Source of the DNA: Pseudomonadota bacterium
Lineage (GTDB): Bacteria; Pseudomonadota; Alphaproteobacteria; Rhodobacterales; Rhodobacteraceae
Direction of reading: 5' to 3'
Length of the DNA: 64,000 nucleotides
Assembly (NCBI GenBank): GCA_039817245.1
Contig: JBCBWF010000001.1
Span: 317 to 64,316, forward strand
Shown piece by piece: positions 1 to 8,075 of the stretch. How positions within the stretch are numbered: the stretch's first letter is position 1; each line of letters begins with the position of its first letter. Both the position numbers and the translations under genes were made by a program. The notes below the pieces were generated by a model. The model was not told the DNA's origin. It ran no database searches and was given only the letters and a program-made list of their open reading frames with translations.

Positions 1-519
1 ACGCTGCAGGCCCGCCGCTTCGACCTCTCGGGCCTTGTCGGCGAAGTCGTCGACCTCGCCCGCGCCCAGAGCACCGAGAAGGGCATCGATCTGCGCTTCA
101 ACGTGGCCGCGGCAGAGACCTACAACGTGATCGGCGACGACGGTGCGGTGCGCCAGATCATGACCAATCTCGTCGGCAACGCACTCAAATTCACCGATGA
201 GGGCTTTGTTTCGGTCGAGATGAGCCTTGAGCCGGTAGACGATATCGGCATCTGCCGCATCGCTGTCACCGACACCGGCCCGGGCATCCAGGCCGAGGAC
301 ATCGAGCGCATCTTCGAGCGCTTCTTCCAGGTCGACGGGTCGGAGACCCGCGAGCGCGGCGGCACCGGGCTCGGCCTCTCCATCAGCAAATCGCTCGCCG
401 AGATGCTCGGCGGCGAGATCGCCGTCGAAAGCACGCCGGGCAAGGGCTCGACCTTCACGCTGACCGCGCCCTTCGTGGTGGCGCGCATCGGCGACGAAGC
501 CCTGGCGCGCGCGGCATGA
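1..519 (+). CDS. Sensor (probably hybrid) histidine kinase, C-terminal HATPase_c domain; 5' partial
   Basis: Frame is open from base 1 (TLQARRFDL...). N-box NLVGNALKFT, G1 DTGPGI, F-box IFERFFQ, G2 GGTGLGLSIS. Confidence 0.9.
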   Translation, partial: TLQARRFDLSGLVGEVVDLARAQSTEKGIDLRFNVAAAETYNVIGDDGAVRQIMTNLVGNALKFTDEGFVSVEMSLEPVDDIGICRIAVTDTGPGIQAEDIERIFERFFQVDGSETRERGGTGLGLSISKSLAEMLGGEIAVESTPGKGSTFTLTAPFVVARIGDEALARAA

Positions 520-539
520 TTGGTCAGGGGGACTAGGCG

Positions 540-989
540 TTGGACAGCGATCGCTCAGACGGACCCGCGCATGCATCGCCCGGCCCGATCATGATCGTCG
601 AGGACGACGACGTGAACCTGCTCGTGCTCCAACTCATGCTGAAGCAGGAGGGCTATGAGACGATCGCCGCCGTCGACGGCCCCGCCGCGATCGAACTCGC
701 CGACACGCACCGCCCGAGCCTGGTGCTCATGGATCTCAGCATGCCCAAGATGGACGGCATCACGGCCGCCAACGCGATCAGGCGCCGCCTCAACGAAGCG
801 GCGCCCCTGTTCGTGGCCGTCACGGCGCATGTCACGCCGCATCATCGCCAGCTGTGCGAAGAGGCGGAGTTCGTCGACTTCGTGGAAAAGCCGATCGATC
901 GCCAGCGCCTCTTCGCGATCATTCGCCGCATCCTCGACGAGGACCGGCCTGCCGATCACGCGATGGAGCGCCGGCGGTTCCTCGCATAG
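540..989 (+). CDS. Single-domain response regulator receiver (CheY-like)
   Basis: VEDD acidic pocket, phospho-acceptor in MDLSMP, TAH and KP motifs. TTG start 20 bp after the kinase stop. Confidence 0.88.
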   Translation: MDSDRSDGPAHASPGPIMIVEDDDVNLLVLQLMLKQEGYETIAAVDGPAAIELADTHRPSLVLMDLSMPKMDGITAANAIRRRLNEAAPLFVAVTAHVTPHHRQLCEEAEFVDFVEKPIDRQRLFAIIRRILDEDRPADHAMERRRFLA

Positions 990-1444
990 TGCAGCTGCAG
1001 CAGGAAGTCGTAGTGGTGACGGCAGAAATCGCGGCATAGCATGCGCGCCCAGTGGTCGACCGGCAGATTGAAGATCGACCAGAACTCGTAGTCCTCGAGC
1101 AATTCCTCGCCGGGTTCGATATCCCGCAACGCCGTGCAGTTGTCCTCCCGCAGCGGCGTCCAGTGCCGAATTCCGATATTGGCCGAAGGCGGATCGGCAT
1201 GGTTCACATACTCCATACCGTCCTCGTACCAGACGAATTTCTGCTCAGGTGCGTGGAAGTAGCCGCCGTGCAGCGCGAAGGCGAGACGGTCCGGGCTCAG
1301 CCCGCCCAACTCGCCTGGCCCGCAAACATGCATGCTCTCGTCAAAGCGCCAGACCTTCTCGCCGGCCGCAATCGGCTCAGCTGCGAAGACCCCCATCCCA
1401 TGAATCCGGCTCCGCCGGAATTCGACCGATTTGATCCAGCCCAA
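956..1444 (-). CDS. SET-domain protein-lysine methyltransferase-like protein (divergent; Cys/His-containing C-terminal tail)
   Basis: SRIHGMGVFA (SAM-binding motif I), YVNHADPPSAN (NHS-like motif), ALRDIEPGEELLEDY (GEELxxDY motif). TTG start. Confidence 0.82.
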   Translation of the reverse strand: MGWIKSVEFRRSRIHGMGVFAAEPIAAGEKVWRFDESMHVCGPGELGGLSPDRLAFALHGGYFHAPEQKFVWYEDGMEYVNHADPPSANIGIRHWTPLREDNCTALRDIEPGEELLEDYEFWSIFNLPVDHWARMLCRDFCRHHYDFLLQLHYARNRRRSIA

Positions 1445-1576
1445 TCTTCACCCCCGTCTTTTCTAGACATTTGTATGGGTTGCCGGGCAGCGCCTTTGTG
1501 AGACCGTTCATGTCACATCCGCCCGGAACGTTGGTTTCCATTCGAAACACGCGGCGCCTCACCACGTAGTGCCAGC

Positions 1577-1604
1577 AAAATGGCGCACCACACACAGTTG
1601 TCAA
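1577..1604 (-). promoter_or_regulatory. Putative sigma70 promoter for the left SET gene
   Basis: Minus strand reads TTGACA (1604-1599), 16 nt spacer, CATTTT (1582-1577), about 135 nt upstream of the TTG start. The -35 is perfect; the -10 is weak. Confidence 0.4.
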
Positions 1605-1791
1605 ACGCTATAAAAAAGATGAGGCGATCAGCTCGTCCACGCGACGACTACAAACCAAGTCGATTTCAAAACGCATTCGTGTCTTCCAGCGCAACTGAAC
1701 AACGGATACATCGCGGATTGACGAACCGAACGCACGCGAAAGAGCGACACGACACTTCGCAATAGCCGCCCACCAGGCGGAATGCAAGGAT

Positions 1792-2184
1792 CTACACTTT
1801 GTTCTTCGGCGGCTGCATCTCAAACTCCGAGGTGGCGAGGAAATTGTAGTCACAGGTCAATTCCTCGCCGCGCGCGATATCGCGCGCGGCGACCGCCCGA
1901 CCGGGCGTCGAGAAGTCGAGATTGGGCGTGTCCTCATGGTTCATGAACCGCCCGTCGTCCCCATCGAGCGCCATATGGCCAGGAAAGCTCGTCACCTCAT
2001 ACGCATAGCGTTCGTAGAACTCACGCACATGCTCCGGCGCCTCCGCCAGCGCCGCATTGGACACCAGTATGTCGAACATCTCGCTGAACTGCCAGACAAG
2101 CTGGCCTGCGACAATGTCCTCGTCAGTGAACACACCGAGACCCTCGATACGCGACTTCGCCACGTAGCACCGCACCATCATCAT
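1792..2184 (-). CDS. SET-domain protein-lysine methyltransferase-like protein (short rhizobial type)
   Basis: SRIEGLGVF, GRFMNHEDTPN, AARDIARGEELTCDY. Start moved to the MMMVRCYV ATG at 2184. Confidence 0.88.
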   Translation of the reverse strand: MMMVRCYVAKSRIEGLGVFTDEDIVAGQLVWQFSEMFDILVSNAALAEAPEHVREFYERYAYEVTSFPGHMALDGDDGRFMNHEDTPNLDFSTPGRAVAARDIARGEELTCDYNFLATSEFEMQPPKNKV

Positions 2185-2432
2185 ACCGATTGCCCCTCGC
2201 CGCCGCCTTTCTGCGGAACCGCTGTTGGAAACGAGCCTATGAGGCTGCCCGCATGAAAACAATCGCAGGGCCCCTGGGTCGCGCGTGACTGGCGGAATCG
2301 AGCGAAATCATCTATCAGGGCACGATAGTTGATGTAACGGCAGCGCAATCGGATCGGTAAATGATCGGAAAGCCGCCCAGATATCGCCAGAAACTCTGCA
2401 TACACGTTATGCCCAGTAAGTTTGAGGGCAGA

Positions 2433-2639
2433 ATGACGGATCGCGAGTTCGAGGGTGACAACTTCGCTTACGTTGGACCGTGGCGAATCGAAACCGGTGA
2501 TGCGTGGAGGGACTGGCAGATCTCCGCGCTTGAGGCCTGCATGAAGGCCTCCGAGCACAGCAATGACGAAGTGTCGCGGCGCCGCTTTGCCCGCGAAATC
2601 GATCGTCTCTCGCAAGTTCCGCTACGCCAGACCCGCTGA
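2433..2639 (+). CDS. Small hypothetical protein (68 aa)
   Basis: GAGGG RBS-like sequence shortly before the ATG at 2433; protein-like composition (MTDREFEGDNFAYVGPW...); no family recognised. Confidence 0.35.
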   Translation: MTDREFEGDNFAYVGPWRIETGDAWRDWQISALEACMKASEHSNDEVSRRRFAREIDRLSQVPLRQTR

Positions 2640-2661
2640 CGGGCCCGGCGCCGGTCGGCCC

Positions 2662-3480
2662 CTAGCGGGGCGGATCGCGGAAAGCGACGCCGCCGATCCG
2701 GGAGGGTCGGCGATCCCGCGGTGCTGCCCAGGTCTCCGGATCCACGATCATCGCTGCCACGGCCTCGGCCGCCGCCTCCAGGATCCGCTCCCCCTTCTCC
2801 GCGCTCGCCCGCGTCGGGTTCCCCGAGATCCCGTTCGCCGTGATATGGGCAAAGCCCCGCCAGCGATGCGAGGCGTTGCCGGCGCGACGATAGGGCGCCA
2901 GCCGCTCCGTCGCCAGCGCGCCCAGATCGCTCGCATCCACCAGATCCGGCTCCAGCGCCAGCATCATCGAGGTCTCCGCCTCGCCTGCATGCATGATCCC
3001 GCCCTGGTCTTCCAGGAGCGGCGCGATCGCTGCCGCCCCTTCCTCGGCATAGGTGGTGGCCACGATGGTGGCGCCGAGCGCCTCGCTCAGCCGGTCCACC
3101 GCCAGGTTCATGCTCGCAATGTTGCCGCCATGGCTGTTGGAGAGCACCAGTTCGGTGAAGCCGTGGCGCACCAGGCTGTGCAGCACGGACCGGAGCACGG
3201 CGAAGAACGCATCGTGTTCGAGCGTCAGCGTGCCGCCGAACGGCATGTGGTGCTCCGAAAGCCCGTGCCAGATCACCGGCGTCACCACCACCTCCCGCGC
3301 AGGCGCCGCCTTCCGCGCGGCGCGCACGGCCACCTCGTGGCCGATCCGCATATCGGTGTTCACCGGCAGATGCGGCCCGTGCTGTTCGATCGCGGCGACG
3401 GGCACGATCACCACCGCCCCCCGCTCCGCCAGCGCGCGCAACTCATGCGCCTTCAGCTTCGCCCACTCGACCTCGCTCAC
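2662..3480 (-). CDS. Creatininase-family (creatinine amidohydrolase-like) protein
   Basis: PVAAIEQHGPHLPVNTD, NSHGGN and HAGEAETS metal/catalytic motifs; GGAGG RBS before the GTG. Confidence 0.9.
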   Translation of the reverse strand: MSEVEWAKLKAHELRALAERGAVVIVPVAAIEQHGPHLPVNTDMRIGHEVAVRAARKAAPAREVVVTPVIWHGLSEHHMPFGGTLTLEHDAFFAVLRSVLHSLVRHGFTELVLSNSHGGNIASMNLAVDRLSEALGATIVATTYAEEGAAAIAPLLEDQGGIMHAGEAETSMMLALEPDLVDASDLGALATERLAPYRRAGNASHRWRGFAHITANGISGNPTRASAEKGERILEAAAEAVAAMIVDPETWAAPRDRRPSRIGGVAFRDPPR

Positions 3481-3545
3481 GGCGTCCTCCCCATCATCGG
3501 ATTTGCCGCGAGCCTAGCGCCGCGCCGGCCGGGGCGCCATGGCGC

Positions 3546-5171
3546 TCAGCGATGCCAGAGGGGCCGGCCGTCGAGCAGCGTCATGCTCACCCCCACGGCG
3601 CGGATCTCGTCCTCCGGGCAGGTGAAATAGTCCCGGTCGAGCACCGCGATATCGGCGCGCTTGCCGGGCTCCAGCGACCCCTTCACCGCTTCCTCCCGGC
3701 CCGACCAGGCGCCGAGCGTGGTGTAGGCGTGGAGCGCCTCCATCCGGCTCACCGCCTCGGCCCGGTCGAGATCGCCCCCGCTGTCGGACTGGCGCGTCAC
3801 CATCGACCAGAGCGCCAGGAACGGGTTGGCCTGGCACACCATCGCATCCGAGTGACCGGGCGCCGGGATCCCCGCATCGATCAGGCTCCGATGGGGCCAC
3901 ATGTGCCGCATCGCCGCCTGCCCGCGATTGGCCCGGTAGGCATCGCCGAGATCGTACATGAACCCGGTCGCCGAGCTGTCCACCGCGCCGAGCCGCGCCA
4001 GCCGCTCCCGGATCGCAGGGGTCACATAACAGCAATGCTCCACCCGCATCCGGTGATCCTCCACGGGGTGCGCGGCCAGGCACGCCTCGATCGCGTCGAG
4101 GGCGAAATCGATCCCCCGGTCGCCGACCCCCTCGATCATCACCTGCAGCCCGGCGGCATGCGCGGCCACTGCCCGCGCCGCCAGATCCTCCGCCTCGTAG
4201 AGCAGCATGCCGGTGTTCGGCACCGGCTCGCCGGGGATCGCGGCGCCCGAATAGGGCTCGTAATAGGCCGCTGTCCGCCCGGAGGTGGAACAGTCCGGGC
4301 ACCATTCCACCCCGATCACCCGCAGCATGTCGTCGCCGAAGCCCGAGCGGATCCCGGCGCGGATATAGGCCTCGACCAGCCCCTCCTCGCGCCCCGAGAC
4401 GATGATGCCCACCCGCATCGCCAGCCGGTCCTCCGCCTTCAGCCGCTGCAGCGCCTCGATCGAGCGCCGCCCGCAGAGCGAGTTGTAGACGCTGGTGACC
4501 CCGTAGCCGCGCCACTCCGCGAACACGCGCTCGAGCCCGTCCGCCAGCATCTCCGGCGTGTCGCCCGCATGGATGTGGCTGAGGAACACATGCGCCGCCG
4601 CCTCCCGGCAGAGCCCGGTGATCGCCCCGCTCGCCGGATCGCGGTCGAACTGGCCGAATGGCGGATCCGCCGGGTCCGTCCCCAAGCCCACCGCCGCGAA
4701 GGCCGCGCTGTTGGCGAGCCCGATATGCCCGTCCGTGCGCTGGATGTAGAGCGGCCGCCCCCCGGCCGCCGCATCCATCTCGGCAAGGCTCGGATAGCCG
4801 CCGGATTTCACATCGTCGAACCGGTAGCACACGATCCAGTCCCCCGGCCCGCGACCGGCCGCCAGCGCCGCGACCCGCTCCAGCAGCGCCGCGCGCGAGG
4901 CCACCCGGTCCGGGCTCACCGCCTCCCAGGTCGCCAGCCGCGCGGCATAGCTGTCGGGATGCGCATGGCTGTCCACGATGCCGGGGATCGCCGTCGCCCC
5001 CTCCAGCGCGATCTTCTCGGTGCCCGGCCGCGCCAGCGCCTCGATCTCCGCATCCCCGCCGGTCGCCACGATCCGCCCGTCCGCCACCGCCAGCGCCGAG
5101 ACAAAGCGGTTATCGGCATCCATCGTGGCGATGCGGCCGCCGGTCAGGATCAGATCTGGCGCGAGGCTCAT
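3546..5171 (-). CDS. Amidohydrolase family 3 (YtcJ/NfdA-like) metal-dependent hydrolase
   Basis: DLILTGGRIATMD start, PGIVDSHAH, RVEHC, HSDA, GSLEPGKRADIAVLDRD end. Start at MSLAPD with an AAGGAG RBS. Confidence 0.9.
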   Translation of the reverse strand: MSLAPDLILTGGRIATMDADNRFVSALAVADGRIVATGGDAEIEALARPGTEKIALEGATAIPGIVDSHAHPDSYAARLATWEAVSPDRVASRAALLERVAALAAGRGPGDWIVCYRFDDVKSGGYPSLAEMDAAAGGRPLYIQRTDGHIGLANSAAFAAVGLGTDPADPPFGQFDRDPASGAITGLCREAAAHVFLSHIHAGDTPEMLADGLERVFAEWRGYGVTSVYNSLCGRRSIEALQRLKAEDRLAMRVGIIVSGREEGLVEAYIRAGIRSGFGDDMLRVIGVEWCPDCSTSGRTAAYYEPYSGAAIPGEPVPNTGMLLYEAEDLAARAVAAHAAGLQVMIEGVGDRGIDFALDAIEACLAAHPVEDHRMRVEHCCYVTPAIRERLARLGAVDSSATGFMYDLGDAYRANRGQAAMRHMWPHRSLIDAGIPAPGHSDAMVCQANPFLALWSMVTRQSDSGGDLDRAEAVSRMEALHAYTTLGAWSGREEAVKGSLEPGKRADIAVLDRDYFTCPEDEIRAVGVSMTLLDGRPLWHR

Positions 5172-5247
5172 GGCGTTCTCCTTGCAAGCGAGAATGGACA
5201 GGACGGGCGAAGCGGTGTGAGGGTAGACCACCCGCAGGAGAGCCGAA

Positions 5248-5949
5248 ATGCCCCCCGCTGCCACCCCCGCCTTCGAAGTCCCCGCCGACCCCTATCCGTG
5301 GCCCATCGAGCCGCTCGCACCTCACCAGGCCGCGCTCATTGTCATCGACATGCAGCGCGACTTCTGCGCGGCGGAGGGCTATGTGGCTCAGCTCGGCGAG
5401 GATATCGCGCCCCTCGCCGCCGCCATCGGCCCCACGCAGCGCTGCCTCGCCGCCGCGCGCGCCACGGGCCTGCGTGTCCTCTACACCCGTCAGGGCTACC
5501 GCCCCGATCTCGCCGACATGCCCGCCTGGCGCCGTCTAAAGGCCGAGCGCCACGGCACCGTCGTGGGCCGCGAAGGCCCCCTCGGCCGCGTCCTCATCCG
5601 CGGCGAGCCGGGCTTTCAGATCCTGCCCGAGCTTGCGCCCCAGCCGGGCGAGCCCGTGATCGACAAGACCGCCAATGGCGCCTTCACCGGGACCGATCTC
5701 GACACCGTGTTGCGCGCTGCCGGCATCCGCGCGCTCGCCTTCGCCGGCGTCACCATCGATGTCTGCGTGCACACCACGCTGCGCGAGGCCAATGACCGCG
5801 GCTACCAGTGCCTGCTCCTCTCGGATGCCTGCGGCGCCATCGAGCAGGGCCTGCATGACTGGGCGATCCGCTCGGTGACCATAGAGGGCGGGGTCTTCGG
5901 CTCCGTCGCCGATACCGCCGCCTTCGAGGAGGGATTGAGACCGCGATGA
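5248..5949 (+). CDS. Isochorismatase-family cysteine hydrolase, biuret/guanylurea hydrolase (BiuH/GuuH) subgroup
   Basis: ADPYPWP, IDMQRDFC (catalytic D), IDK (catalytic K), TIDVCVHTTLREANDRG (catalytic C), GGVFGSV; colinear with BiuH as I recall its sequence. Confidence 0.85.
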   Translation: MPPAATPAFEVPADPYPWPIEPLAPHQAALIVIDMQRDFCAAEGYVAQLGEDIAPLAAAIGPTQRCLAAARATGLRVLYTRQGYRPDLADMPAWRRLKAERHGTVVGREGPLGRVLIRGEPGFQILPELAPQPGEPVIDKTANGAFTGTDLDTVLRAAGIRALAFAGVTIDVCVHTTLREANDRGYQCLLLSDACGAIEQGLHDWAIRSVTIEGGVFGSVADTAAFEEGLRPR

Positions 5950-6776
5950 CCGACAACCCGGACAACAGCCCTGCCCCCTTCGCGCCAATGGCCGACACCG
6001 CCGGCCCCCTTCGCCCCGCCGATCCCTGGTTCGCCATCGAATGGCAGCCGCACGGTATCCTGCGGATCTGGGAGCCGCATGTCTCGCGGCTGCTGCGCGC
6101 CAACATGTTCCTCGTGCGCGGCGCCGAGCGCGACCTGCTGGTCGATGCGGGCATGGGTGTCGCCAGCCTCCGCCGCTTTCTCCAGCCCTATCTCGAGCGG
6201 CCCGTCATGCTCCTGCTGACCCATGCGCATGTGGACCATGTCGGCTCGGCCGCCGAGTTCCAGGGCACGATCCTGATGCACGGCGCCGAGGCGGATCTGC
6301 TCGGCACCCCGTCACCGGACTGGTCGCTGAGCTACGACGACTACCCGCCCGAGAAACGCGCGGGCCTCGCCGCCGCCGGCTTCGACACCCGCGGCCATGT
6401 GATCGCCGCGAGCCCGCATGCCGGCTTCGACCCCGCTGCATGGTCGATCGCACCGGCGCGCGCCACCGAGATCGTGTCCGATGGCGACGTGATCGATCTC
6501 GGCAACCGGCGCTTCGAGGTGCTGCACCTGCCCGGCCACAGTCCCGGCTCCATCGGTCTATGGGAGGCGGAGACGGCCACGCTGATCGGTGGAGACGCGA
6601 TCTATGACGGGCTGATCATCGACACGCTGCCCGAAAGCGACCCCGCCGCCTATCGCGAGACGATGCATCGCCTGGGCAGGCTCGGTGCTTCGATTGTGCA
6701 TGGCGGTCACCGGGAGAGCTTCGGCGCCCAGAAGCTCGCCGTAATCGCCGAGGGGTACCTCGCGTCGAAAGCCTGA
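5946..6776 (+). CDS. MBL-fold metallo-hydrolase
   Basis: THAHVDHVG (HxHxDH), HLPGHSPGS, GGDA, GGH. ATGA overlap with the upstream gene. Confidence 0.88.
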   Translation: MTDNPDNSPAPFAPMADTAGPLRPADPWFAIEWQPHGILRIWEPHVSRLLRANMFLVRGAERDLLVDAGMGVASLRRFLQPYLERPVMLLLTHAHVDHVGSAAEFQGTILMHGAEADLLGTPSPDWSLSYDDYPPEKRAGLAAAGFDTRGHVIAASPHAGFDPAAWSIAPARATEIVSDGDVIDLGNRRFEVLHLPGHSPGSIGLWEAETATLIGGDAIYDGLIIDTLPESDPAAYRETMHRLGRLGASIVHGGHRESFGAQKLAVIAEGYLASKA

Positions 6777-6907
6777 CGCATGGGCAGAGCCTGCCCGAAA
6801 ATTGCGCAACGGAGCATCATCGCCCCGATCTCTGATTGATGCTTGCGCTGAGCGCTGCTCTATGGCCAGAATTCAGGCGATGGCTGAGGCAGCGTACAAC
6901 CGTGACC

Positions 6908-8017
6908 ATGCGTGACACCGGAGGCGCCGCCGTCTCTCACGCGCTCTCGCTGCGCGGCCTCTCCAAGCACTACGGCACGCTCGCAGCCGTGGACAACATC
7001 GACCTTGAAATCGCCCGCGGCCAGTTCCTGACCATCCTCGGCCCCTCGGGCGGAGGGAAGACGACGGTGCTGATGGCGATTGCCGGCTTCGTCGAACCTT
7101 CCGCCGGGCAGATCCTCCTGGACGGGGACGACATCACCGGGCTGCCGCCGGACAAGCGCAAATTCGGCATGGTTTTCCAAGGCTATGCGCTCTTTCCTCA
7201 CATGACGGTTGCGGACAATCTGTGGTTCCCGCTGCGTGTCCGCGGGGTTTCGCGCGCCGCCGCGAAGCCCAAGGTGGAGGCCGCGCTCGAGCTCGTGCAG
7301 ATGGGCCATCTCGGCCGGCGCTATCCCACCCAACTCTCCGGCGGCCAGCAGCAGCGCGTCGCGCTCGCCCGCGCGCTCGTCTTCGAGCCAGACCTGCTGC
7401 TGCTCGACGAACCGCTCTCAGCCCTCGACAAGAAGCTTCGCTCAGACCTCCAGTGGGAACTGAAGTCTCTCCACCAACGCCTTGGGACAACGTTTATTTA
7501 TGTCACCCACGATCAGGACGAAGCGCTCTCGATGTCCGACGAGATCGTCATCATGCGCCAAGGCCGGATCGAGCAGCAAGGCCAACCCGGCGCCCTTTAT
7601 GAACGGCCCGCAACCCGCTTTGTCGCGGACTTCCTCGGCAAGTCGAACTTCATCGAGGGCCGCGCACAGGAGGCCAACGGCGGCCGCCTCGCCTATGAGG
7701 CCGGCGGCCTCAGCCTCCTGCAGGAGACCGCAGAACGCCCCGCCACGGGCGCGTCCGTCACCGTCGCCCTTCGCCCCGAGAAGATCGTCATCGCGCCCGG
7801 GGACGCCCCTCCCGCGGTCGAGAACCGCGTCGAGGGCCGCATCACGGCGGTGAACTACTACGGCGCCAGCTTCCAGTTCCGCGTGGCCACCGAGGCGCTC
7901 GGCGACCTGCTCGTGGCCGCCCCCGCCTGGACCTGCCAGGTGGCGCAGGAGCCGGGCACGCCCGTCTGGCTCGGCTGGCCGCCGGGCGCCTCCGTCCTGG
8001 TGCGCGATACCGGCTGA
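6908..8017 (+). CDS. Polyamine/opine-type ABC transporter ATP-binding protein (PotA-like)
   Basis: Walker [10 protein letters not shown], signature LSGGQQQR, Walker B LLLLDEP, YVTHDQ, C-terminal TOBE-like region. Confidence 0.92.
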   Translation: MRDTGGAAVSHALSLRGLSKHYGTLAAVDNIDLEIARGQFLTILGPSGGGKTTVLMAIAGFVEPSAGQILLDGDDITGLPPDKRKFGMVFQGYALFPHMTVADNLWFPLRVRGVSRAAAKPKVEAALELVQMGHLGRRYPTQLSGGQQQRVALARALVFEPDLLLLDEPLSALDKKLRSDLQWELKSLHQRLGTTFIYVTHDQDEALSMSDEIVIMRQGRIEQQGQPGALYERPATRFVADFLGKSNFIEGRAQEANGGRLAYEAGGLSLLQETAERPATGASVTVALRPEKIVIAPGDAPPAVENRVEGRITAVNYYGASFQFRVATEALGDLLVAAPAWTCQVAQEPGTPVWLGWPPGASVLVRDTG

Positions 8018-8075
8018 TCCGCACCGCACCCGAAGCGCCCGGGCGAGCGGGCGCACAACAACAGGGAGACGACCA

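Noticed and set aside
1445-1570. SAM-II / SAM-alpha riboswitch upstream of the SET gene (CGTGGTGA ... AAATGTCTAGAAAAG on the minus strand)
   Set aside because: The essential UGAUUU segment and GCUAAA pairing are absent; only fragments resemble the consensus.
3552-5795. Very long alternative-frame ORFs (e.g. 3552-5795 +, 30828-33749 -, 25066-27006 -, 47651-50164 -, 46698-49106 +)
   Set aside because: They overlap well-supported genes, are Arg/Pro/Ala/Gly-rich and lack motifs; such shadow ORFs are expected in DNA this GC-rich.
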